Of a DNA stretch of 64,000 bases, positions 36,830-45,752 are shown piece after piece. The stretch lies in the NCBI GenBank assembly GCA_964599885.1, contig CAZRHH010000011.1, forward strand, positions 1,998 to 65,997, given 5' to 3'. The translations under genes and the position numbers were made by a program. Below the pieces are notes generated by a model, which had not been told where the DNA came from, did no database searches, and worked only from the letters and a program-made list of their open reading frames with translations. The stretch's first letter is position 1. The number at the start of each line of letters is the position of its first letter. Origin of the DNA: an uncultured Dehalococcoidia bacterium (lineage in GTDB: Bacteria; Chloroflexota; Dehalococcoidia; DSTF01; JACRBR01).

Positions 36830-37814
36830 GATGCGATGGATCATTCTGTTCGTGGCGACTGTCGTGCTCGCGATGGGTGCCGTGCCGAGTCGCGCTCACG
36901 CCTCATCGGCCATCGTCACATCCGATGCGGGTTGCGTGCAGAGCGCGGCTTCGGCCGCCGTCAACCAGGCCGGACTCGTCGTCACCTTTGGTGATGGACG
37001 CACGGTCACGTTCTGTGTCGAATTCGGCGAGGACTCGATCACCGGTCTTGAACTGCTTCAACGCTCCGGCCTGCAGTTGGTCACCTCGAATTCGAGCGGC
37101 CTTGGAGCGGCTGTGTGCAGCATTGACGGCGAAGGTTGCCAGGATCCGGGTGACTGCTTTTGCAAGTGCAAGGGAGGAAGCTGCGAGTACTGGGCCTATT
37201 ATCTGTACGACGATGGTGGCTGGAAGTTCTCACCTGTTGGCGCGGGCAATCGCTCCGTTCACGACGGCGACACCGACGGTTGGGCCTGGGGCGGAGGTTC
37301 TGGCGACACGCCGAACGGGAATGCTCCGGCGTGTGCCGAACCCACGCCGACGACTACGGTGGTACCGCCTCCGACACCTCGTCCATCCGCGACTCCGAGA
37401 GCGTCCGCCCCGACGGTTCCTCTAGAGCCGTCGGCAACGAGCGCTTCTCAAATTATCGAGACGAGCACGCTGGCTCCCACGGTACAGCTAGCCGTTCCAC
37501 CGCCCATTCCTACGGCTCCCGTTGTTCCCACGGTAGCGGTCCTTTCCGGAGTTCAGACGCCACGACAGCCGACGTCACCTTCTGGCACCCCGACCGCCAC
37601 CAGCAGTGAGCGTTCCGATCCCAGCGCGACGCCGTCGCGCGAGGCACGGGCGGGCGCTACTCGCGTGAGTGCCGATGAAGGTACGCGCAACCTGTCGACG
37701 CGCGCGGGTGGCGGCGGTTCCAGCCGGCTGAGCCTTGTCACGTTTGGCGCGGTTGCGGCCGTTCTCGCTGGTACCGCCAGCGTAGTGATCTGGAGACGCC
37801 GTGGTCGCGTCTGA
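36829..37814 (+). CDS. Secreted Cys-rich protein with a Pro/Thr stalk and C-terminal membrane anchor
   Basis: Signal peptide. Cys-rich domain CFCKCKGGSCEYWAYYLYDDGGW, reminiscent of ECF-associated substrate-capture proteins (DUF4430-like). C-terminal TM + RRRGRV. Confidence 0.45.
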
Positions 37815-38634
37815 CATCCGCATCCCTCGCGCACGGTTCACGCTCGCGTCGCGCCACGGCAGTACGGTCGCGATCGCTGTCATCAGCGCAGTAGGTGTCG
37901 CTGCATTCTTTTATCCGTTCATTACGGCGGGAGCGGCACAGGGAACGGAAGCGCAGGCCCATGCGGGCGATGCGCCCCTGATCTTTGGTACGCTCGCTGC
38001 CCTGGCGGGCGTGCTCTTCGTCGTGGAGCTCGCGTCGCAAGGCATGAACGCCAAGGTCGCTTCCGTGCTGGCTGTGTTGGCGACCGCTGCTGCCGCTCTT
38101 CGGATCGTTCCTCTGCCGGCCGGCGCAACGGCATTTTTCTTCCTGATCATCCTGAGCGGATACGTCTTCGGACCACGATTTGGCATGCTGCTGGGCGCCT
38201 TGGCCCTATTCGTTTCCGCGTTTGCCGTCGGCGGGTTCGGCCCATGGGTTCCGTTCCAGATGTTTGCGTCAGCGTGGATCGGCATGACCGCCGGTTGGCT
38301 CGGCGGCATGCGGCATGTCCTTGCCGGACGGCCGCGTATTGAGGTCGCTCTCCTCGCGTTGTTTGGTGGCGCCTGGGGCTTTGCTTACGGCGCACTGATG
38401 AATCTCTGGTTCTGGCCTTACATCGCCACTGGAGAGAATGTTTCGTGGGCGCCGGGGTTAGGTTTCGTGGAAACCCTTCGCCACTACTGGGCGTTCTACG
38501 TGCTGACGTCGTTCGGATGGGACGCGTGGACCGCACTGGGAAATGTGGTGCTTATCGCCGTCGCGGGACGGTCGGTGCTGCGGGTGCTTTTGCGATTCCG
38601 CGATCGGTTCACTGTTCAGTGGCGGTCGCTCTGA
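37801..38634 (+). CDS. ECF transporter substrate-specific (S) component-like membrane protein
   Basis: Six or seven TM helices, about 277 aa, last gene of the ECF cluster. GTG start. Confidence 0.45.
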   Translation: MVASDIRIPRARFTLASRHGSTVAIAVISAVGVAAFFYPFITAGAAQGTEAQAHAGDAPLIFGTLAALAGVLFVVELASQGMNAKVASVLAVLATAAAALRIVPLPAGATAFFFLIILSGYVFGPRFGMLLGALALFVSAFAVGGFGPWVPFQMFASAWIGMTAGWLGGMRHVLAGRPRIEVALLALFGGAWGFAYGALMNLWFWPYIATGENVSWAPGLGFVETLRHYWAFYVLTSFGWDAWTALGNVVLIAVAGRSVLRVLLRFRDRFTVQWRSL

Positions 38635-38669
38635 CGTCGTCCAGCGCTCGATCGCTTGTTGCCACAGCG

Positions 38670-38953
38670 ATCGAAACCATCAATTCGACATCACCGCGTG
38701 GCACGAATACAATCTCATGGTCGGGTGCCGCGCGGGCATGACCATGAGACTCTTCGCGATGTTGCGCGAACGGCGTCCTTGCCCAGATTCGGTGATGCCT
38801 CTCGGACACGGAAACTCGCTACCGAGCCTTCTAATCCGATGGTCGCAGGTTCGAATCCTGCCGGGGGTGCCACCAGATTCGAATCTCGCTCCAAGTCATC
38901 GCTTCGCTGTCGAAGATCAGAGCACCGGATTGACTCGCGAGCACCGGATTCGT
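38670..38953 (+). repeat. tRNA-3'-end-like repeat, copy 4 (full upstream arm + pseudo-tRNA 38797..38872 + diverged downstream arm)
   Basis: Homologous to copy 1 from ATCGAAACCATCAATTCGAC onward. The downstream arm GAGCACCGGATTGACTCGCGAGCACCGGATTCG is a diverged version of the GACCATCGGA repeat. Confidence 0.6.
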
Positions 38954-39044
38954 CTGGACATGCACGACGATCCGAGTTTCAGGTTGCCTGCCTGATCCTG
39001 GCCAGATAACGCCGACCACGTTCTACGGCGCTCTGTTGACGAGC

Positions 39045-39091
39045 GGATTACCAATCCGACGATGTCGGTTCGAATCTTTCCGTGGGTGCCG
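39045..39091 (+). repeat. tRNA-3'-end-like repeat, copy 5 (degenerate fragment)
   Basis: CCAATCCGACGATGTCGGTTCGAATCTTTCCGTGGGTGCC aligns to the CTAATCCGACGGTCGCAGGTTCGAATCCTGCCGGGGGTGCC core with indels. Confidence 0.4.
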
Positions 39092-39228
39092 TTATTCCTG
39101 TCGCCGCTAAGCTTTCCTACGACGACCTGCGTCCAATTCGCCTATCAACGCTCGATGCCAGATAATCGCCGCATCTGCGCTTGCTCGTGAAACGCGTGGG
39201 GCAGAGACGGATAGCAAGGAGTGACGGC

Positions 39229-39723
39229 ATGGACACGACAGTGACACCAGACCGCGTCGTAATCCGCGGCGCGATCGAGGCGATGGCGCCCGAATTTGCG
39301 ACTCTCGTGCGGGAGATTGGCGACGGGGGATGGAAGACGAAGAGCGGGATTCCCGCGTACACCTGCGGGCAACTCGCATGGCACTTGGCGTCGGGCACTT
39401 CGTTCCTTGCCGGTCAAATAGGGAAGGCGAAGGACGGAAAGGCGCTCAATCCGCCTGCATTCCTGCGGCCGATCCTCTACAAAATGAGCGAGTGGCGGGT
39501 TCGCGTCGTATCGCGGAAGGCGACCCCTGCGTCGGTGCTCGCCGATTTTGACACCGCCGCGCGGAAACTCCTGGCAGTGCTGGAATCGTTTGACGATGAA
39601 ACGCTGCGATTGTCCGCTACGCGTATGGGCGAGACGCTGACGATCGCCGGCCTGTTTCAGAAGCCCGTGGAGCACCTGGCGGAGCATGCCGCCCACATCC
39701 GCGCCGGCCTGCGCGACGCGTAG
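39229..39723 (+). CDS. DinB/YfiT-like (DinB_2) superfamily protein
   Basis: AAGGAG RBS before ATG 39229. Four-helix-bundle family pattern with a conserved His region (WHLASGTSF ... EHLAEHAAH). Confidence 0.5.
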   Translation: MDTTVTPDRVVIRGAIEAMAPEFATLVREIGDGGWKTKSGIPAYTCGQLAWHLASGTSFLAGQIGKAKDGKALNPPAFLRPILYKMSEWRVRVVSRKATPASVLADFDTAARKLLAVLESFDDETLRLSATRMGETLTIAGLFQKPVEHLAEHAAHIRAGLRDA

Positions 39724-39792
39724 CCTCCTGCGCAGCGTCGACGGAGAGTGGCCGGTGCTGTGGCAGCGTGGGATCTTTCGGGTCCGTCACCA

Positions 39793-40232
39793 ATGCAATG
39801 GACTGCGGTATTGCGCTGCGTTGAAACGAACGAGGAGCTAACCTCACTCCTGGACAGGCAGCGTTGGACACTCGCAGCCGTGGGCGTGCCGGGCGTCTTG
39901 CTCGCAGTTTTCTTCGCTCACTCCTCTTGCGGTGTCGATCGGATCGAGATCTCGGCTGGAGACGCCGCCTTCGACACGGACACGCTGAAGGTTCCTGCGG
40001 AGGGGCCCTTCGCCATCGTATTCAAGAACAACGACAGCGGCATAGAACACGGCTTCGCCATCTACGAGAGTCGAGAGGCGGCCAAGGGCGGAGACGATTC
40101 AACGCTGCAACCGAGATTACGAGCGGTCCCGATACGCAAGAGCTAGACGTCGCCGCGCCAGACGCGGATGAGTACTTCTTCTGGTGCGATGTGCATCAGG
40201 ACCGGATGGGTGGGAGGCTGATTGCACGTTAG
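39793..40232 (+). pseudogene. Cupredoxin-like (blue copper) protein with an apparent 1-nt frameshift near 40095-40110
   Basis: One frame gives the signal peptide plus the cupredoxin beta-strands EISAGDAAFDTDTLKVPAEGPFAIVFKNNDSGIEHGFAIY. The C-terminal copper ligands (YFFWCDVHQDRMGG) are in the -1 frame ORF ending at 40232. Confidence 0.45.
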
Positions 40233-40515
40233 GAAGTCTGCGGTGAATGCGCCGTTGAGTCATGCTTCGCTCGAGCAGCGTCTCGCCCGTGCGCAGACTG
40301 TCAAAGCGGACGCAGGTGCCGGGCAGCAGGACGAGGATCACGGATAGACTTCGGCTCAGGTCCGTCGCTGTCTGACCAGCTTCGGGCTCAGGGATTGCTC
40401 GGAGCGGCAAACTCCGTGCGGTCCCGACCTTCGCTGGGAAGATAGCACGGCCAGTCAAGCGCCAGAAGCTGAAGGCGCAGAACCTAAAGCTCGACATGCA
40501 GCGGGGGATAGCGGT

Positions 40516-41397
40516 GTGGATGATTCGGATTGGCTGGCTCGGTTGCCGGCGTTACTCGAGCGGTGCGTTGAACGCTGGTCGTTGGAGTTAGGAGAGCGGC
40601 TCGAAACCGGGTACCTCGCGGAAGTCCGCGGCTGCACAGGCCCGGACGGCGAAGACCTCGTGATCAAGGTTTCGGCGCCACTCGCGAACACCGCGAACGA
40701 AGCCAACGCCCTTGCGCACTGGGGCGGACGTGGCGCCGCCAGGCTCGTGGCGTGGGACGCGGACATCGGCGCCCTGCTCCTCGAACGAATCCGGCCGGGC
40801 ACGCTGCTGATGGACCGAGACCGCTCCGCCACGGACGACGAACTCGCCATCACTGCCGCGTCTCGTGCACTCGCCGCCATGCAGGCCGTACCCGCGCCCC
40901 CGGCGGGTAGCTTTCCTTCGTTCGAGGAGAAGCTGCGGTGGTGGCTGGACTACACGGCCATCTATGGCGAACCCGAAGCAGCTGGCACGCTGATGCTGCC
41001 GCTCTTCGAACATAGTGCCCTCCGCCTCGATGCCTTCGCGAAGCGCAAGACGCTGGCTCACGGCGGCGACTTCATCGCAAAGAACTTGCTGCTCGGACCC
41101 AACGGCTGTTATGCCGCTGTCGATCCGCTGCCCTACATCGGTGACCCCTGCTCCGATGCCGGCCAGTTCTCGGCGTGGCACTCGCCGGTCGTGACCGTCA
41201 TCCCGCGCGCGCGGCATCGCGGAGGCAACCGGAAACGACCCGGACCGCGCGGCGCCGTGGGCGGCGGTCTGGATGGTCTTCCAAGCCTGCGAAACCTGGC
41301 GCGACGACTCGGACGATGTGCAGGCGTGGGTGGTGGGCGATGAGTGTCGACGCCTGCTGCATGCCCCGCCAATAACCCACGTGACTTCACCGTAACC
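40516..41397 (+). pseudogene. Aminoglycoside phosphotransferase (APH-family, streptomycin-kinase-like) with an apparent frameshift near 41200-41212
   Basis: Kinase core HGGDFIAKNLLL ... AAVDPLPYIGDPCSDAGQF. The plausible C-terminus RGIAEATGNDPDRAAPWAAVWMVFQACETWRDDSDD continues in another frame after the CCCGCGCGCGCGG run. Confidence 0.5.
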
Positions 41398-41538
41398 GTT
41401 GCTGAGAATCGTCGGATTGGGTCTCCGCCCGGACGTGATCAGGCGCGCAGACCACACCGGGGGCCGAGTCCCGGCGCGTGCGTGAGCAGGTGCGAGAGAC
41501 GCTGATCTGCTCCTAACGTTCCTGGCGCACTTAGGCCG

Positions 41539-41919
41539 TTAGCTGCCGGCGGACTGGAAGAGCTCGATCGGATTGCCGGAGGGGTCGTCGAGCAGGATCT
41601 GCTTCCCTCCCGGACCGGTGACGATGTCATTGCGGAAGCGCACGCCTTCGGCTCGCAGGCGCTCAACCTCGGCCGCGATGTCATCGACCACGAAGTGGAT
41701 CCGGTTCCAGCCACCGGGGACCGGCTGGGCACCGTCGGGCATGGGACGCGCGGCGGAGCTCTGAGGCCCGCTCAGCAGGATGCGCAGATTGCCCCGGAAG
41801 ACATCGGCGAAGGCCGGGGCGTTGGTGCCGATCGTGAAACCGAAATGCTTCGTGTAGAAGTCGACCGCGCTAGGGACGTCCTCGACCATGTAGCGGACGC
41901 TGACGGTGTCTTCGGGCAT
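41539..41919 (-). CDS. VOC-family (glyoxalase/bleomycin-resistance) protein
   Basis: 126 aa with the typical VOC betaalphabetabetabeta layout (YMVEDVPSAVDFYTKHFGF ... IHFVVDDIAAEVERLRAEGVRF). Confidence 0.65.
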   Translation of the reverse strand: MPEDTVSVRYMVEDVPSAVDFYTKHFGFTIGTNAPAFADVFRGNLRILLSGPQSSAARPMPDGAQPVPGGWNRIHFVVDDIAAEVERLRAEGVRFRNDIVTGPGGKQILLDDPSGNPIELFQSAGS

Positions 41920-41932
41920 GGGACTAACCTCC

Positions 41933-42709
41933 TTACGGGTGCTGTTGGATGACGTGAAGCATGAACCGCACGCGGTTCTCGATGTCCGCCGCGGTACGCT
42001 GAAACGCCGGATAGCTCTCCTCGTTGGTGTCCCCCTCCAGCGCCGGATCGGCGATGCTCCAGTGGATGCGTTCGGGCCCCCCTGGGAATTCGGGGCATGC
42101 CTCCCGCACCCGGTCGCAGAGGGTGACCACGTAATCGAAGCGCCGCCGCGCGAACCGGCTTAGGTGCTGGGATCGTTTCGAGCTGATGTCGATGCCCCGC
42201 TCGCGCATCACCCTGACCGCGTTCTGATGCATGCTCTTGGGATGACTGCCGGCACTGTGAACGTCGACGGTCTCGCCGGCCAGCTGCCGGAGCAGCGCCT
42301 CGGCGATCTGCGAGCGGGTGCTGTTGCCCGTGCACAGAAACAGGACGCGGACGCGGCGCCCTTGAGCCGCATAGCTGTCTCCGACGGGGGGTGCGAGGGC
42401 AAGCCCCGGGTGGAGCGCTCCGCCGGCGTCCGCCAGCAGCTCCCGGCATCGAGCGAGATCGACGCGGTAGTAGGCGTCTCGCCCATCGGCCGAGCTTCGC
42501 CGCATCGACACCAACTGGCCTGCCCGCAACCGGGCGAGGTGGTAGGAGACCAGGCTCTGTGGCGTGCGGAGCACCTTCGTGAGCTCGCGAACCTGCCGGT
42601 CGCTACCGGCGAGTTCGCGGAGCAACTGCCAGCGCAGCGGGTGTCCGGCGAGTTGCAGGAAGCTCGGGGGGGCGGTCATCGGGCGAAGCTCCATGCTCAT
42701 GGTCACCAC
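41933..42709 (-). CDS. ArsR-family HTH regulator fused to an LMW-PTP-type arsenate reductase domain
   Basis: N-terminal ArsR wHTH. C-terminal P-loop VLFLCTGNSTRSQIAEAL (CX5R of the LMW PTP/ArsC family). Confidence 0.7.
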   Translation of the reverse strand: MVTMSMELRPMTAPPSFLQLAGHPLRWQLLRELAGSDRQVRELTKVLRTPQSLVSYHLARLRAGQLVSMRRSSADGRDAYYRVDLARCRELLADAGGALHPGLALAPPVGDSYAAQGRRVRVLFLCTGNSTRSQIAEALLRQLAGETVDVHSAGSHPKSMHQNAVRVMRERGIDISSKRSQHLSRFARRRFDYVVTLCDRVREACPEFPGGPERIHWSIADPALEGDTNEESYPAFQRTAADIENRVRFMLHVIQQHP

Positions 42710-42754
42710 GATACATCAACGTCAATAGATTGAACAAGGTGGTTTGATAGATAT

Positions 42755-43174
42755 TTGAAGGCTTCGGCGGACCGATTCCCGCCCTTGTTCACGCGAGGCA
42801 ATGCATCGCTACCAGCGCCGGGGGCGATTTTTGCCGCCGCTCTGGCTCTTGGCCTCAGCGGCGATCTACTGCTCCGTGCCTGGCCGTGGGGTCTGAATGC
42901 GGCTGTCTGGCTTATGGGTCTGTGCGCGGTTGCCTTCGCGCTGCCGCGATTCGAGTCGCTCGCGCTTCCCCGTCCGCGAGGCACGATGTGGCTCGCGGCA
43001 GCGCTCGGCTTTTCGCTCATGCTCGTCTGGCGATCGTCGCCTGTCCTTCAGACGCTCAATGTGATCGCGGTCTTTCTTTGTCTGTGGATGGTGGCCTTCC
43101 GCACGAACGCTCACGCCCTGCGCGTGCACCACATCGGGCCTGAACCACACTGCATCACGAGTTCTCGCATCTGA
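42755..43174 (+). CDS. Membrane protein, N-terminal part of a DUF4173-like protein (possibly split)
   Basis: Several TM helices. Its stop overlaps the next ATG (TGATG). Confidence 0.35.
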   Translation: MKASADRFPPLFTRGNASLPAPGAIFAAALALGLSGDLLLRAWPWGLNAAVWLMGLCAVAFALPRFESLALPRPRGTMWLAAALGFSLMLVWRSSPVLQTLNVIAVFLCLWMVAFRTNAHALRVHHIGPEPHCITSSRI

Positions 43175-44082
43175 TGCTTTGGGCGTTGTTCGCATGGCTG
43201 GCGGGGAGTTATCTCTGGGGTGCACTCCTCGCTGAACGCGAACCTGTGCCCGAAACTCCTCGGATCGGCTGGCTCCGGTTTGAGTTCATCGAGGCGGGCG
43301 TGGTCTTCGGCCTGATCAACGCCCTCTTCCTGGCGTTCGTCGGCGTCCAGTTTCGCTATCTCTTCGGCGGCGCCGACAGCGTGGAATCCTCATCGTCGCT
43401 GACCTATGCAGAGTATGCGCGCCGCGGATTCTTCGAGCTTGTTGCGGTTGCGGCGCTGGTTGTCCCGCTCCTGCTTCTCACCCATTGGCTGTTACCGCGG
43501 GGATACTCAAGACTGCACCGCTTCTATGCCTTGCTCGCCACCGTGCTCGTCGTGCTGGTGTTCGTTGTGATGGCGTCGGCGCTCCAGCGGATGCGTCTCT
43601 ACCAGGAAACATTCGGACTGACGGAACTCAGGCTGTACACCACGGCTTTCATGGCCTGGCTTCTCGCTGTGTTCGGGTGGCTCGCCTTCACGGTTCTCCG
43701 CGGACAGCGCGACCGCTTCGCGTTTGGAATCCTGGTGGCCGGCCTTGCAGTGCTCGTCGGCCTCAACGGTCTCAACCCCGACGCTCTCATTGTCCGGCGT
43801 AACGCGGCGATGGCAGTCGTAGACCGTCCCTTTGACAGCGCGTATGCACTCAATCTGAGTCACGACTCGGTGCCGTCGCTCGTCGCCAACCTCGACAAGC
43901 TGCCGCTGACCGAGCGCTGTGCGGTAGGACGCGAGCTTCGGCGCCGTTACCTCGATGCAGATGGCGACTGGCGGAGTTGGAGTTGGGGTCGGTTCCGGGC
44001 GCGCAGTGCGGTCTCGTCCAGCACGCAACTCGCCACTGCCTGCGACGCGGCTGGCAGTGAAGTGACGACGGTGGCGGAGTGA
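43174..44082 (+). CDS. DUF4173-like polytopic membrane protein
   Basis: Multiple TM helices. Together with 42755..43174 it gives about 440 aa, the usual size of this family. Confidence 0.45.
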   Translation: MLWALFAWLAGSYLWGALLAEREPVPETPRIGWLRFEFIEAGVVFGLINALFLAFVGVQFRYLFGGADSVESSSSLTYAEYARRGFFELVAVAALVVPLLLLTHWLLPRGYSRLHRFYALLATVLVVLVFVVMASALQRMRLYQETFGLTELRLYTTAFMAWLLAVFGWLAFTVLRGQRDRFAFGILVAGLAVLVGLNGLNPDALIVRRNAAMAVVDRPFDSAYALNLSHDSVPSLVANLDKLPLTERCAVGRELRRRYLDADGDWRSWSWGRFRARSAVSSSTQLATACDAAGSEVTTVAE

Positions 44083-44089
44083 TCGTCCC

Positions 44090-44542
44090 TCAGCTGACCG
44101 GAGCCGCCATGATCCGCTCGATCTGCCCGGCGTGTTCGTGGTCATGGTCCGCTACGTTCTCCAGCACGCTCATGACGCTGTACTGGTCTTTACCGAGCGC
44201 GCGCACTTCGTAGAACGTGGCTTCGTCAACGCCGTCGACCGCGGACTCAAGTTCTTTCCGGTGTCTCTTGAGCGCGGCGATGACCGCCGGTATCGACGCC
44301 ACATCGTCGGGCGTTGCATCGGGGATCTGGACAGTGATGCCGCGGAGAAAGCCAAGGACGCGTGTGTACGAAACCTCCGCCTCAATCACATGCCGCAGGA
44401 CTTCTTGCATAGACCAGCCGCCACGCCTCGTCCGTAACAGGTCTTCGTCGGACAGCAGCCGCAAGCGTTTCAGGAGGGCGGCGCGCGCGCGCGCTGCGGC
44501 GTCCAGATTTTCCGCAAGATCGCGTTCAAACTCCGTTGTCAT
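44090..44542 (-). CDS. DinB-family (DinB_2) protein
   Basis: GGAGGAGG RBS before the internal ATG at complement 44542. The C-terminus has HDHEHAGQIERI. The longer ORF start is unlikely. Confidence 0.5.
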   Translation of the reverse strand: MTTEFERDLAENLDAAARARAALLKRLRLLSDEDLLRTRRGGWSMQEVLRHVIEAEVSYTRVLGFLRGITVQIPDATPDDVASIPAVIAALKRHRKELESAVDGVDEATFYEVRALGKDQYSVMSVLENVADHDHEHAGQIERIMAAPVS

Positions 44543-44559
44543 TCGTCCTCCTCCGGAAC

Positions 44560-45219
44560 TCATCGCTTCGCTACCGGCCGCCCCTCCGACATCCATTCCG
44601 GCCATCCGCCTTCAAGGCGCACCGCGTCGAAGCCGCGCTCGCGCAAGAGAGCGACCGCTTCATCCGCAAACAAGCAATACTCGCCACGGCAGTAGGCGAC
44701 GATCCGTTTGTTGCGCGGCAGCTCCTTGATGCGCTCATCGAGTTCCTCGATGGGAATGGATAACGCACCAGCGACGTGACCGTGTTCAAACTCCATCGCC
44801 GGACGCACGTCGACCAGTACGGCTTCGCCCTGCTTGAGGAGCCGTTGTAGCTCTTTCCGAGGCAGCTCCCGGTCACCGCCGTTTCCCGAAAAGTCGTCGC
44901 GTAGCCTTCCTATCTCGGGAAGCCGCTCCGCGGCCACGCCACGGAGGGCAAGCCAAAGCGATGTCACGGCCGGCGTTGCCAACCGGTAGACGACGCTCGT
45001 ACCGCGGCGCTCTGATTCCACGAGCCGCGCGTTCTTCAGGATTTGGAGGTGCTGCGAGACGTTGGCGAGCGTCATGCCCGTCTCGGCCGCCAGGGCATCG
45101 ACGCGCCGTGGCGCTTGAGCCAGAAGGTCGACAAGCTCGAGGCGACTGTCGCTTGCCAGGGCCTGGGCGACGCGCGCGAACTCCGGGTAGAGCCGATCCT
45201 TGAATTCACGGTGGGCCAT
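44560..45219 (-). CDS. ArsR-family regulator fused to a rhodanese domain
   Basis: ArsR HTH (LANVSQHLQILKNARLV), then a rhodanese domain with active-site CRGEYC. Confidence 0.65.
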   Translation of the reverse strand: MAHREFKDRLYPEFARVAQALASDSRLELVDLLAQAPRRVDALAAETGMTLANVSQHLQILKNARLVESERRGTSVVYRLATPAVTSLWLALRGVAAERLPEIGRLRDDFSGNGGDRELPRKELQRLLKQGEAVLVDVRPAMEFEHGHVAGALSIPIEELDERIKELPRNKRIVAYCRGEYCLFADEAVALLRERGFDAVRLEGGWPEWMSEGRPVAKR

Positions 45220-45338
45220 GGCAAGAGTGTGCCTCAGGATCATCAGATAGTCAATATATCAAGCAATCACTTGACAGCTAGGGTATTCCCGGGTTAGGAT
45301 CGCGCATCGTCAGACGCACAGACTGCAGAGGAGAACTC

Positions 45339-45470
45339 GTGGCACGCCGTATTGACTGCCCGTGCGGGCACGTCCTTCGAGGAGCGGACGACGAGGAACT
45401 CTTCAGACTGGCGCGGATCGACGACGAGGTCCGGGCGGGCGTCGTCGCCGACGCGCGCGACGAGTAGAAC
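45339..45470 (+). CDS. DUF1059-like small protein (possibly truncated)
   Basis: GAGGAG lies 7 nt before GTG 45339. VARRIDCPCGHVLRGADDEELFRLARIDDE matches the CPCG ... GADDEEL signature of DUF1059. The product is shorter than is typical. Confidence 0.3.
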
Positions 45471-45752
45471 CGCTCCAGGTCGGAAAGGGATCGGACGGAG
45501 CCGCCCAGATGCACTACTACGTCGAAAAGATTGTCGAGCACAGGTTTGAGGAAGCAAATCCGAACACAGAGGAATGCGCACTTCCTACGGGAAGAGCGCG
45601 CGCTTCGCCAGCGGCGCCGATCAGAACTGCTTCGGTCGGTCATCTGTCACCTCACGAGCTTGGACCGCTCTTTGAATGTGCGTGGAGACGCCCGATGGGG
45701 CGCCATACGCGCGGCCGACGCACGGGGCGCATAGTACCGATACGGATGGGAT

